A stretch of DNA of 64,000 bases, taken from sequence record PV796108.1, one strand, 5' to 3'. Below, in pieces: positions 18,362 through 27,278 of this stretch. The position numbers and the translations under genes were made by a program. Within the stretch, counting starts at the first letter, position 1, and each line of letters starts with the position of its first letter. A model generated the notes under the pieces. The model was not told the origin of the DNA. It was given only the letters and a program-made list of their open reading frames with translations, and did not search any database.

Positions 18362-19153
18362 TTAGAATTTGCTTGCTTGACAGATTTCTTTGACAGGGCA
18401 GCTTTTGCATAAGAAAGTATGCCTTGGGTAAAATTCTTTTCTTTCAATGCCATTTGCAACTCCTTTTATAATAGACTTCATACGATTGTAATCTTCTTCG
18501 GTTTTATGAACTTCGTATTCAGTTCCTTTTTTTAAGAATGATAGAACCATTCTATCTTCTTTCTTTTGGAATAAGTTTCGGAAAGCATAGGATGCTAACG
18601 TTGAGGATAAGTCTTGTTGTAGTAACATAGGGTCAGACATCTCATTCCCCATTCGGAAGTCAACGATGTCAATGTAGCGATTCTGTTTGTCCTTATCGTT
18701 CAGCTCACGTACTAGTTCAAATGTTCCTGAGACATTGATACCATCTATACTAACACGATAATCATGGTTGATGGCAATAGGTACACCAGGATTTTTATTA
18801 TTCTTTCGATGAAAATCCATAAGCGATTTAAAGCCTTCCATGTTATAATCACGTTTGTCTATCTCATAGGAACGATACTTGAGTACTTGCCTTTCTTCAA
18901 ATAAAGATTGAACAAGGTCTTCGCCACTGTAACGATATTCGGCCCAGATGCTAGCCCATTTGTCTTTCATTTGTTTCGGGGTAAGGATACGACCATCTAA
19001 TAAAGCATAGTAGAAAGAATAGATTGCTTTGTGCATTGCTTCCTTATAAGCACGAGAACCTTCTTTCTCTTGGTCTAAACCATCTACATATCGTAGCTTG
19101 TATTGATACGGACAATATAGATAAGTTTGGATTTCAGGAATTGTTAGATTCAT
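18362..19153 (-). CDS. AddB/Cas4-like PD-(D/E)xK-superfamily protein with degenerate active site
   Basis: EIQTYLYCPYQY, G..MHKAI, CKSCPVKEIC; catalytic region reads GTFE...DIVDFRMG. Confidence 0.75.
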   Translation of the reverse strand: MNLTIPEIQTYLYCPYQYKLRYVDGLDQEKEGSRAYKEAMHKAIYSFYYALLDGRILTPKQMKDKWASIWAEYRYSGEDLVQSLFEERQVLKYRSYEIDKRDYNMEGFKSLMDFHRKNNKNPGVPIAINHDYRVSIDGINVSGTFELVRELNDKDKQNRYIDIVDFRMGNEMSDPMLLQQDLSSTLASYAFRNLFQKKEDRMVLSFLKKGTEYEVHKTEEDYNRMKSIIKGVANGIERKEFYPRHTFLCKSCPVKEICQASKF

Positions 19154-19313
19154 CTTCATCACCATAAAAATAATTGTAGTCAATTTCGTTGTCTTGTAAA
19201 TAGGATAAGTCGATTTGATATCGTTCCATCATCCAATCTACAATTGCTTTTCTCTTTGACGGATCGAATGCATCCCACTCTTCACATGAGATTTGAATAC
19301 CTAGTGCTTGCAT
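19134..19313 (-). CDS. 59-aa acidic hypothetical protein (not in ORF track)
   Basis: MQALGIQISCEEWDAFDPSKRKAIVDWMMERY...; TAATG coupling, RBS ggagga. Confidence 0.7.
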   Translation of the reverse strand: MQALGIQISCEEWDAFDPSKRKAIVDWMMERYQIDLSYLQDNEIDYNYFYGDEDESNNS

Positions 19314-19492
19314 TAATATTCCTCCGTGTATTCGTCGCTAATTTCGAAAGCATGGCTTTCACAAATCGGGCAACAAGGGGAGAGTTCCCAACTCTCCACA
19401 TAATATTGGAATGTACACTCCAAGCATGTAACCCACTCATTCTCAGGGGTCCCTTTTACCCATTGTATCTTTTGTTTACGTTTCGAGGTCAC
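19313..19492 (-). CDS. 59-aa zinc-ribbon protein (not in ORF track)
   Basis: GTG start overlapping phoH stop, RBS aggag; CLEC...CPIC. Confidence 0.7.
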   Translation of the reverse strand: MTSKRKQKIQWVKGTPENEWVTCLECTFQYYVESWELSPCCPICESHAFEISDEYTEEY

Positions 19493-20784
19493 AATAGTTC
19501 TACTCCTAACTGTGCTAGTCTAGAGCGTACAACACTTTCCATTGTGATATGTCCTACAATATCTTGACCTTGTAATCTATCAATTACATATGATAGTCCG
19601 TTAGAACCAGGAGTCAGTCGGTGATTGTCAATCTGCTTTGGACTTAAATCACCTAAGAAGATAACTTTCGACCCTTCACCAGCACGAGTGATTATTGTAG
19701 CAGCTTCATGAGCTGTCATGTTCTGGCAATCATCTACGATAATGATTTGGTCAGGTAAGCTTCGACCACGGATGTAAGTCATCGCTTCGAGTTCTAGAGT
19801 GCCACTTTCAACCATATGATAAATCTTTTCCTTTGTTGGAAGGTTTGGATTTAAGTCCTTTGGTGTGTAATCAGTTAAGAGGTAGTCTAGAGCATCGAAT
19901 GTGCTCGCCATCCAATCTTCTAGCTTTTCTAGTTTGTTACCAGGTAGGTAACCAATGTCATTACCTACAGCAACTAGTGGACGCATAATCGTTATCTTTT
20001 TGTAGGTTTCTCTGCGGAAGGTTTGTTCTAAAGCGCAAGCCAGTGCCAGGAGTGTTTTACCACATCCACTTGGTCCAATCGCAGTTACGAAATCTATATC
20101 TTTGTTCATGCAAAGCTCCATAAGGAAAGCTTGCTCGTCATTGTTTGATTTAGGTTTTACTTTCCATGCTTCATAGCTACGTTGAAGTGGAACGATTAAG
20201 TTTTTACTTGGGTCTTGAATGCCTTTACCGATTACATTTTCATATTCGTCCAGTAAATATACCAGCTGGTTTGATGAAATGTCATCTGTTGGTCGTAATT
20301 GACCTGCTCTGTTCCACATATCAATTTGCTCAGGTGTTAATACAAGTGATGTTTTGCCAGTATACAATTTGTTTGCATCGACATCGTTAGGAGCGAAGCT
20401 TGTGCTATCAACTTCTAATGCGTCTGCAATTACTCTTGCATGAATATCTTGTGAGACTAATGTAGCATCAAATTGTTTTGCTGTTAAGATGATGTCGTAG
20501 TCAGGTTTTGATGGGTCAATCTCTTCATCTTTTAAGTAGATTTTGATAATGTGCTCACCAACAGCTACGCCTTCACGTAAGTTTCCTTGGCTTCTTAATT
20601 TATCAAGGAATCTGATAGCAGCACGAGAGTATTCATGTTTAGACTCATTGCCTTTTTTGAAAGTGTCCACTTCTTTTAGTACCACATGTGGTAAGACTAA
20701 AGTTGTTGGTTCTGTAAAGCTTTCAAGGACTGCTTCAAATGTTTGTTCTAATAATACATTTGTGTCTAAAACAACGTTCTTCAT
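19489..20784 (-). CDS. phoH: PIN-PhoH fusion (PhoH2/YlaK-like)
   Basis: PIN: VVLDTNVLL, VLKEVD, PDYDI, SQD; PhoH: GPSGCGKT, EALTYIRGRSL-like, IIVDDCQN, LGD..QID. Confidence 0.92.
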   Translation of the reverse strand: MKNVVLDTNVLLEQTFEAVLESFTEPTTLVLPHVVLKEVDTFKKGNESKHEYSRAAIRFLDKLRSQGNLREGVAVGEHIIKIYLKDEEIDPSKPDYDIILTAKQFDATLVSQDIHARVIADALEVDSTSFAPNDVDANKLYTGKTSLVLTPEQIDMWNRAGQLRPTDDISSNQLVYLLDEYENVIGKGIQDPSKNLIVPLQRSYEAWKVKPKSNNDEQAFLMELCMNKDIDFVTAIGPSGCGKTLLALACALEQTFRRETYKKITIMRPLVAVGNDIGYLPGNKLEKLEDWMASTFDALDYLLTDYTPKDLNPNLPTKEKIYHMVESGTLELEAMTYIRGRSLPDQIIIVDDCQNMTAHEAATIITRAGEGSKVIFLGDLSPKQIDNHRLTPGSNGLSYVIDRLQGQDIVGHITMESVVRSRLAQLGVELL

Positions 20785-20829
20785 TTGTATTTTCCTCCCC
20801 AGAGCAACTTTGTTGTACCTCTTGAATTA

Positions 20830-20859
20830 ACCGTAAGCAATTGAAATGGAAAAAGTCAA
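20830..20859 (-). promoter_or_regulatory. putative promoter, class 1 (TTGACT-N18-TACGGT, spacer ends TGCT)
   Basis: in the divergent intergenic region, oriented toward phoH. Confidence 0.5.
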
Positions 20860-20895
20860 TGAAAAAAGAAAAAATTCTGAAAGGAGATTTTTAAA

Positions 20896-21384
20896 ATGTT
20901 TACTGATGATGAACTGTTTAAATGTCCATACCTTAACTTTATCTTACCTGGAGGAGAAGTTATTGCATTAAAAGATTCCATGTATGATGGATTGAAAGGA
21001 GTGATTGAGGAAGTTAGATATGGAGAGGAAAGAGAAACAGAGAATGATTGCATTCTTGATGTTGTTGTAACTTATCATACTACTGATGAGGAAGTTGCAA
21101 TCTCTCATCCACAATTAAATGGTACAAGTATATGTGAAGTTATTATGGGAGAAGATGAGCTAGGTTTTATTATGGAAGCTAGAAGTCGTCATATCTATTA
21201 TTCGGCTGCTGGTGTTCCAATCTGTCCTACTTGTTTAGAAGAAGTAACTGAAGTAATGGTGCAAACTATTGAAACAAAAAAGTTTAAATCTTACAAGGGG
21301 CACTTATTAAAACAACCTGGTGGACACACAGAAGAAATTTCAACATGTTTAAAGTGCAATACTCGTCTTCCATTAGGGCTTTAA
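20896..21384 (+). CDS. hypothetical protein with C-terminal zinc ribbon
   Basis: CPTC...CLKC; RBS aaaggaga. Confidence 0.7.
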   Translation: MFTDDELFKCPYLNFILPGGEVIALKDSMYDGLKGVIEEVRYGEERETENDCILDVVVTYHTTDEEVAISHPQLNGTSICEVIMGEDELGFIMEARSRHIYYSAAGVPICPTCLEEVTEVMVQTIETKKFKSYKGHLLKQPGGHTEEISTCLKCNTRLPLGL

Positions 21385-21410
21385 AGCAACAAATTAGTAT
21401 TTGCATAACA

Positions 21411-21439
21411 TTTCATTTGTATGTAAATTATGGTACAAT
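21411..21439 (+). promoter_or_regulatory. putative promoter, class 2 (TTTCAT-N17-TACAAT, extended -10)
   Basis: attatgg-tacaat upstream of annealase gene. Confidence 0.65.
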
Positions 21440-21475
21440 CTCAATAGAAAATAGACAAGAAAGAAGGAANTTATT

Positions 21476-22348
21476 ATGACAAACAAAGACGTATTTGAAA
21501 TGAAACCAAATTTTGATGTGAACGCTGCTCATGCAGTATTAACAACACCACTTGACCCATCTTGGATTAAGCAACGTGAGGTACAAAAAACAAAGTTAAG
21601 TTACATTGAAGGTTCAACAGTTATTGATTTATTAAACACAGCTTTTAATTATCAATGGAGTTTCGAAATTATTGATAAAGAAGTTGTTGCATCTTTACCG
21701 AAAGCGATGACTGAATGGGATAAGAAAACGAAACGCAAAGTACCTGTAACAGATAACGATGGTAATCAAATGTATCAACCACAACCACCAGTTATTAATG
21801 TAACAGGGCGATTAACAGTTCCTGGTCTTGGATTTCGTGAACAATATGGTTCTAAGATTATCATCGGTGGTGCAACTGAACAAGAACATGCTTTAAAATC
21901 AGCAGCTACAGATGCTTTAAAGAAATGTGCTTCATTATTTGGAGTAGCAGCAGAGTTGTATCGTGATGAGTACACTGTAACTGTACAAGAAGCAATGCAG
22001 TACTTAGAACAAAACAATCAAGGGTATGCTCCAGAACAAGGACAACAACAAGAAGAGTATACGACTCCGCAAGCTGTACAAAACCCAGAACCTGTTCAAC
22101 AACCACAGCAAGATCAAGGTGGCTCAACAACAGGTACAGGTGCAAAACCAGCTTCTGATTGGGATGCACGAGACATCACGAAAATGAAAGAGTTAAAAGC
22201 AACATTAGGTCTTGAAACAAATGCTGACTTAACTCCATATGTACAACGTTTCTTCGAGAACGATGAGATGACAGTACATCACATTACACCACAGAATATT
22301 AAAGCATTTAACATTTTCTTAGCTCGTCAAATTGAGCAAGGTGCTTAA
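21476..22348 (+). CDS. Rad52/Rad22-family single-strand annealing protein (Sak-like)
   Basis: LSYIEG..VIDLLNTAF.YQWSFEI; KSAATDALKKCASLFGVAAELY; Q/P-rich linker. Confidence 0.88.
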   Translation: MTNKDVFEMKPNFDVNAAHAVLTTPLDPSWIKQREVQKTKLSYIEGSTVIDLLNTAFNYQWSFEIIDKEVVASLPKAMTEWDKKTKRKVPVTDNDGNQMYQPQPPVINVTGRLTVPGLGFREQYGSKIIIGGATEQEHALKSAATDALKKCASLFGVAAELYRDEYTVTVQEAMQYLEQNNQGYAPEQGQQQEEYTTPQAVQNPEPVQQPQQDQGGSTTGTGAKPASDWDARDITKMKELKATLGLETNADLTPYVQRFFENDEMTVHHITPQNIKAFNIFLARQIEQGA

Positions 22349-22384
22349 TAAGAGGGGGGCTTATTAGCTCCCCTTATTTTTTAT
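22349..22384 (+). terminator. intrinsic terminator
   Basis: AGAGGGGGGC-ttatta-GCTCCCCTT followed by ATTTTTT. Confidence 0.75.
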
Positions 22385-22400
22385 ATAAGGAGGGATTTTT

Positions 22401-22688
22401 ATGAGTGAGGTAGTGAAAGTATATACACCAATCTTACCTATTGGTTCTGGACCAATGTGTGAGAATATAGAAGATGCTATGTTTGATATCATTGAACATA
22501 TTGCAGAAACTACTGATAGGAGTTTATCAGATGAAGCTGTTGAAAGATTAGCAAAGAAAGTAATCGAGCAACATGACCTTCAGAAAATAAATTTAGGTAT
22601 GATTCCAATCGCTTACGAATGCCATCTTATGGTAAACTTAATGCCACGAGATGAATTTGAAGCATTGCCTGAATTTATGGGTTACTAA
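22401..22688 (+). CDS. hypothetical protein
   Basis: 95-aa ORF with RBS aaggaggg. Confidence 0.75.
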   Translation: MSEVVKVYTPILPIGSGPMCENIEDAMFDIIEHIAETTDRSLSDEAVERLAKKVIEQHDLQKINLGMIPIAYECHLMVNLMPRDEFEALPEFMGY

Positions 22689-22732
22689 CAAAGAAAGCAA
22701 CTGGCTTAGGCAATGGCAAAGGAGGAAGTTTT

Positions 22733-23452
22733 ATGAGTCAAGAAATGATTAATTTAAGTTTGTTCTTCTTCGAACATGTAAAAGGTATTGGTAGAGATGC
22801 AGGTGGTCAGATTGATGCACCTCCAACTTATAAGAAAATGATTATGGAGGATTGCTTTAACTTACTTCAAAATAAGTACTCAGCTAAAATCATCTTAGCT
22901 TCTATGAAAGACTATAAAGAGAATGTAGAAGATGCTAGCTTAGTATACAAGGTGAGTGACATTATTAAACATTTTAAAGTTGCTCCTGACAGAACAGAGG
23001 AAGTAAAGCAAGTGCAGGAGAATTTAATGGAAGCTGGACGTTTCTATTATCATCCTGCACTACAAGTTACTCCGCCACCACCAACTCTGAAAGTAAATGA
23101 TGATGGAACATTTGAAGCTTCTTATAATAACGACAAGTACTTCTTGGAAATGAAAAATCATTTTACAATGAATGAGTTGTTGCATTATTTTTATAGTCGA
23201 ACAAATGCAAAAGATACGTGTCACCCAGAACGAGATAAAGGTGCATTCCGTTTCTTATTAAAGCATTGCTCGATTGACCATATCTTATATACAATTGATG
23301 AGGCAATGGCATTAGTAGAGGATGGAGAAGCTCGTTATCCAACGAGTCCATTAGACCTACAACAATATCTTCCACAAGGGAAAGGATTAATGGAAGATAG
23401 AATGAATGCATGTTTCGAGGAGGGTGTTAATTATGTCAAACCAAGATATTAG
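22733..23452 (+). CDS. hypothetical protein, possible replication initiator/helicase loader
   Basis: 239 aa directly upstream of primase and helicase; function inferred from position only. Confidence 0.55.
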   Translation: MSQEMINLSLFFFEHVKGIGRDAGGQIDAPPTYKKMIMEDCFNLLQNKYSAKIILASMKDYKENVEDASLVYKVSDIIKHFKVAPDRTEEVKQVQENLMEAGRFYYHPALQVTPPPPTLKVNDDGTFEASYNNDKYFLEMKNHFTMNELLHYFYSRTNAKDTCHPERDKGAFRFLLKHCSIDHILYTIDEAMALVEDGEARYPTSPLDLQQYLPQGKGLMEDRMNACFEEGVNYVKPRY

Positions 23453-24443
23453 TAAATTTATTCACATCGAAGGCGGGCGTAATCTTCCAACAGGAGGATT
23501 CGTTCGTAACGAGATGATGAACATCAGCGACATTAAAGAGTGGAGACAGAAGAACAATAATGAAGGTTTGTATTTGTCAGCTTATTTATATGACAATGTA
23601 GATGTAGCTGAAGCAAACTTATATGGAAGTTTCTATTTAGACTTCGATGCAGAAGAAGACTTCGATAAGGCACGACAAGATGCAATATCTGTTATCTGGT
23701 ATTTGAAACAACGTTTTACTTACAACATTCCAGAATCATTTATTCGTATCTTCTTTAGTGGAAAGAAAGGGATTCATATTGTTATCCCAGCGAATGTATT
23801 CGGTATCGAACCACATAAGCATTTGAATGAGTTCTACAAGTTAATGGCTCTGAAGATGAGTGAGCAAACAAAGAATGGAACACTTGATACTCGTATCTAT
23901 GACCGTCGTCGTTTGTTCCGTATATATAACAGTCTTCATCCTGATACAAAACTATATAAAATACCACTAACATATTTTGAGTTAACAAGTTTATCAGTAG
24001 AAGAGATTAAAGAGAAAGCAAAAGAACCTCAACCAATGCGTTATGAGCAAACGTATGAGGTGAATCGTGCGAAAGCTGAATATGAAAAATATATGGAAGA
24101 ATGGAAGCTACGTTTCGAAAAGAAATTTAGCAAGAAGAAGCAATATGAAACTAAGCCATTAGATTTCGTACCACATTGTATTCAAGAGTTGTGGGCTTCT
24201 GGGCCAGTAAAAGGACAACGCAATGACAGTGCAGCTGCATTAACATCGTTCTTAAAGAAACAGGGGTTATCAGAAGAAGAAGCATGGAAGAACTTAGTGA
24301 AGTGGAATAAAGATTCGTTATCCACTCGTGAACTAGAGATGGTAATGAAGAGTATCTACCACAAAAATTATGAGTACGGTTGTGCCCGTTTAGAAACATT
24401 AGCAACGTGCGTAAAAGAAAAATGCAAACTATATAGAAAATAA
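23433..24443 (+). CDS. archaeo-eukaryotic primase (AEP) with C-terminal PriCT/PriL-like domain
   Basis: FYLDFD (motif I), FSGKKGIH (motif II), FRIYNSLH; C-terminal PHC...GQRND...YGC...C...C. Confidence 0.85.
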   Translation: MSNQDISKFIHIEGGRNLPTGGFVRNEMMNISDIKEWRQKNNNEGLYLSAYLYDNVDVAEANLYGSFYLDFDAEEDFDKARQDAISVIWYLKQRFTYNIPESFIRIFFSGKKGIHIVIPANVFGIEPHKHLNEFYKLMALKMSEQTKNGTLDTRIYDRRRLFRIYNSLHPDTKLYKIPLTYFELTSLSVEEIKEKAKEPQPMRYEQTYEVNRAKAEYEKYMEEWKLRFEKKFSKKKQYETKPLDFVPHCIQELWASGPVKGQRNDSAAALTSFLKKQGLSEEEAWKNLVKWNKDSLSTRELEMVMKSIYHKNYEYGCARLETLATCVKEKCKLYRK

Positions 24444-24466
24444 TTGCATATTGGGGGAAGAGAGCC

Positions 24467-24625
24467 ATGGGAAAAATGTTATCACAAGAAGAGATCAATC
24501 TCGCAAAAGGGAAAATTATAAGTGAGTTCGAAAAGGTATGTCCAACACCTCGTTCATTCGAGCAAATGAAAAGAGAGACTCATCGTGTATTCGATGAGTT
24601 ATTTAAACAGGCAAAGGGTAATTAA
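24467..24625 (+). CDS. 52-aa hypothetical protein (not in ORF track)
   Basis: MGKMLSQEEINLAKGK...; RBS ggggga; fills primase-helicase gap. Confidence 0.65.
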   Translation: MGKMLSQEEINLAKGKIISEFEKVCPTPRSFEQMKRETHRVFDELFKQAKGN

Positions 24626-24640
24626 CGAGGGGGAATTGTA

Positions 24641-25738
24641 GTGGCAGAACACATTTCATTAGAAGACTTATTAGCATCAGACGGAGTACCGAACCTAGCG
24701 CCACCAGAACCTGCTAAAGAGGAAGTTCCAACAGCAGATGATAACTTCTTGAACAGACCATTCTATGTAAACAAGATGATGAAGACTATTGAAGAAGTAA
24801 AAGAATACTCTTGGAATCGTGGGGAAATCGGTGGTCTTGACTGGGGATTCGAATCATTTAATAAAGCATTTGAAGGATTGAACACAGGCGTTCACTTGAT
24901 AGCAGGTCAGTCCAACATTGGTAAATCTGGTATGTGTATGCAATTAGCATGGCAGATAGCACAAGCAAATAAAGTGATTGACGAGAAACATCCGAAGAAA
25001 GCGTTTGTATTATACTTCTCATTAGATGATAATAACAATGAGTTACTTCCACGTCTAATCGCAATCGACCAAAGAATTCCAATCAACGCTGTACGTTTCC
25101 CTAAAAAGTATGAGGACAACGAACATTACATGGAACGTATGGAAATTGGTTACGAAAGATTAATAGAATCATCCGACCTGATTCATATGTTAGATGTTAA
25201 CGAAGGTTCTAGTATTGAGTACATTGAAGCAACAGCTGAGAAGTATGCACTAGAACTAGCGAAACAAAATGAAGATTATCAAATTGTATTATTTATTGAT
25301 AACTTCCATGATATTACAGTAGATGATAAATCAATTGGTAATGATGAAAGTTCGAAATATAATCACATTGCTGATTTATTAACTCGTATGGCAACTAAGT
25401 TTGATTGTCCAATTGTATGTACAGCAGAGTTCCGTAAATTGAATGGTAACCGTCGTCCAAAATTAGATGACATTCGTGAGTCTACTAAGATTGGTTATGA
25501 GGCAAAAGCGATTCTATTATGTTACAACGAGGTTGGTCTTCGTGGTCAGCAGTCTAATATCTATTGGATGCGTGATGAGAAGCCTGATAAACAACCAGTC
25601 TATGAAGCTCATGTTGGTAAAAACAAGTTTGGTTCATATAAAGGAAGACTTTATTTTGAGTTCATTCCTGAGATGTCTTACTTTAGAGAGGTAGGGGATG
25701 AAGGTGCTCAACGTTATAGTCAGATGGTATCGGGCTAA
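24641..25738 (+). CDS. dnaB: DnaB-like replicative helicase
   Basis: AGQSNIGKS, YFSLDD, LFIDNFH, AEFRK...RPKLDDIRES..I.YEA..I, KNKFG. Confidence 0.9.
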   Translation: MAEHISLEDLLASDGVPNLAPPEPAKEEVPTADDNFLNRPFYVNKMMKTIEEVKEYSWNRGEIGGLDWGFESFNKAFEGLNTGVHLIAGQSNIGKSGMCMQLAWQIAQANKVIDEKHPKKAFVLYFSLDDNNNELLPRLIAIDQRIPINAVRFPKKYEDNEHYMERMEIGYERLIESSDLIHMLDVNEGSSIEYIEATAEKYALELAKQNEDYQIVLFIDNFHDITVDDKSIGNDESSKYNHIADLLTRMATKFDCPIVCTAEFRKLNGNRRPKLDDIRESTKIGYEAKAILLCYNEVGLRGQQSNIYWMRDEKPDKQPVYEAHVGKNKFGSYKGRLYFEFIPEMSYFREVGDEGAQRYSQMVSG

Positions 25739-25753
25739 TAGGAGGGGAATATT

Positions 25754-25984
25754 ATGTACAGTGAAAAAGATATTATTAATCTGTGCGAAGCAGCTTATCA
25801 AGCGGGTTATATTGAAGGAGGACGCTACGGCATCCTCCCCGTTGTATCAAAAGAAGACAAGTACCACAAAGTTTACTTCCCAATGTATTTGGAATGGGCA
25901 CACGCAAAGTCTGAGTCGTTATTAGATGATGCAGTAAAGAATGACTTTGGTAAGTACGCTGAACGTAGATTTTTAAATTACTAG
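25754..25984 (+). CDS. hypothetical protein
   Basis: 76-aa ORF with RBS aggagggg. Confidence 0.7.
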   Translation: MYSEKDIINLCEAAYQAGYIEGGRYGILPVVSKEDKYHKVYFPMYLEWAHAKSESLLDDAVKNDFGKYAERRFLNY

Positions 25985-26030
25985 GAGGTGTTAACATGAT
26001 GGATGGAGACACTATCGGTGGTGAAGAGTA

Positions 26031-26156
26031 ATGACCGTAGCAAAGACTTATCTATGTAAGAATGAATGCAAACCTGAAATCATAATTCATGATGTAACAT
26101 ATACACCTACATGTCATTGTTGCGGAGAATATATGGTGGAAGGTTCGGATAGCTAG
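26031..26156 (+). CDS. 41-aa zinc-binding microprotein (not in ORF track)
   Basis: MTVAKTYLCKNECKPE...TCHCCGEYMVEGSDS; preceded by an 11-codon ORF. Confidence 0.55.
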   Translation: MTVAKTYLCKNECKPEIIIHDVTYTPTCHCCGEYMVEGSDS

Positions 26157-26170
26157 ATAGGGGGATTGTA

Positions 26171-26584
26171 ATGGAAATTAAAAAGTTTTGGAATAGTATT
26201 GATGATACGTGGAGTGGACCTAAGCGAAGTTTGCTGGTCCCTCCATCTAAATTCCCAGCCATGGAAGGACATGAAGCCTATTGTCGTCATTGCGGAGAAG
26301 ATATTCTTTATAAAGTATCTCCATATACATCATGGGTAATGTATGATGAAGGTGTTCGGTCTCTTGCTTCAGGTGTCATCAGATATAAAATATTATGTGA
26401 GCATTGCGGAAAGCTAAATGACCCAGACGATAGAATATACTTCGATGCATTAGACATAAAAGATGGAAGTCCGATTGATGATTTTTATCTTTCTGCAATA
26501 CAAGTATTTAGAAAAGTAGATTACCATGAGTATCTTGCAGAATATGAGAAAGAAGGACATGTAACATTTATCCTTCGTAGATAA
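26171..26584 (+). CDS. zinc-ribbon protein
   Basis: CRHCG...CEHCG; RBS ggggga. Confidence 0.7.
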   Translation: MEIKKFWNSIDDTWSGPKRSLLVPPSKFPAMEGHEAYCRHCGEDILYKVSPYTSWVMYDEGVRSLASGVIRYKILCEHCGKLNDPDDRIYFDALDIKDGSPIDDFYLSAIQVFRKVDYHEYLAEYEKEGHVTFILRR

Positions 26585-26600
26585 GTAGGAGGGGAAAAGG

Positions 26601-27266
26601 GTGAGTAAAGTTAGTAGAAAGCGTGGAGCAATACCAAAAGCAAAAGATTTAACAGGTCAACGATTTGGGAAGTTACTTGTACTGGAAAGTGTAGACCGTA
26701 CAATTACTGGACATGTTACTTGGAAATGCAAGTGTGATTGTGGAGAAGTAAAAACGATAGTAGGTAAATACCTACGAGGTGGAGACACGAAAAGTTGTGG
26801 TTGCTTACAAAAGGAAATGTCAGCAGTTCGTTTAGCTGATTTATCAAAAGAGCGTTTTGTAAAACGTGCTGGTAAAAAGCCTGAAGACTTTATCGGTGAA
26901 ACATTTAACTACTTTACAATAAAAGATGTAAGCACAAAGGATGGGAGAACAAGCTGGATTGCTAAGTGTGGATGTGGTAATGAGCGCAATCTCATTTGTC
27001 ATGCACTTACAAGCGGTAGAAGATTAAGTTGTGGTTGTGTACACAGCGTACATAAATTAACTGACAATCAAATTTCACAACTCACAATGAATTATCTTTC
27101 TTACAAATGGCACATCATTACAACAACTAAACAAGGAAAGCCGTGGGAGGATTCGTTCGATCTATTTGCGGACTGGGCTTTAGAATCTGGATTTGAATTA
27201 GGTAAACACTTAATGCTTCATAATGTATATCTATCTCATTCACCAGACAATTGTTATTGGGAGTAG
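26601..27266 (+). CDS. homing-endonuclease-type protein: two DLTG.RFG.L/CxCDCG repeats plus degenerate HNH-like C-terminus
   Basis: DLTGQRFGKL...WKCKCDCG...TKSCGC twice; W..SF..F..WAL..G...PDNCYW tail lacking the usual DRID motif. Confidence 0.7.
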   Translation: MSKVSRKRGAIPKAKDLTGQRFGKLLVLESVDRTITGHVTWKCKCDCGEVKTIVGKYLRGGDTKSCGCLQKEMSAVRLADLSKERFVKRAGKKPEDFIGETFNYFTIKDVSTKDGRTSWIAKCGCGNERNLICHALTSGRRLSCGCVHSVHKLTDNQISQLTMNYLSYKWHIITTTKQGKPWEDSFDLFADWALESGFELGKHLMLHNVYLSHSPDNCYWE

Positions 27267-27278
27267 GAGGCAAAGGCT

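Noticed and set aside
19244-19567. + strand 107-aa ORF
   Set aside because: Lies antisense to two coupled minus-strand 59-aa ORFs that have RBSs and start/stop overlaps
21470-21470. Ambiguous base (n) in the annealase RBS spacer
   Set aside because: Most likely an assembly ambiguity; no evidence of phase variation from one sequence
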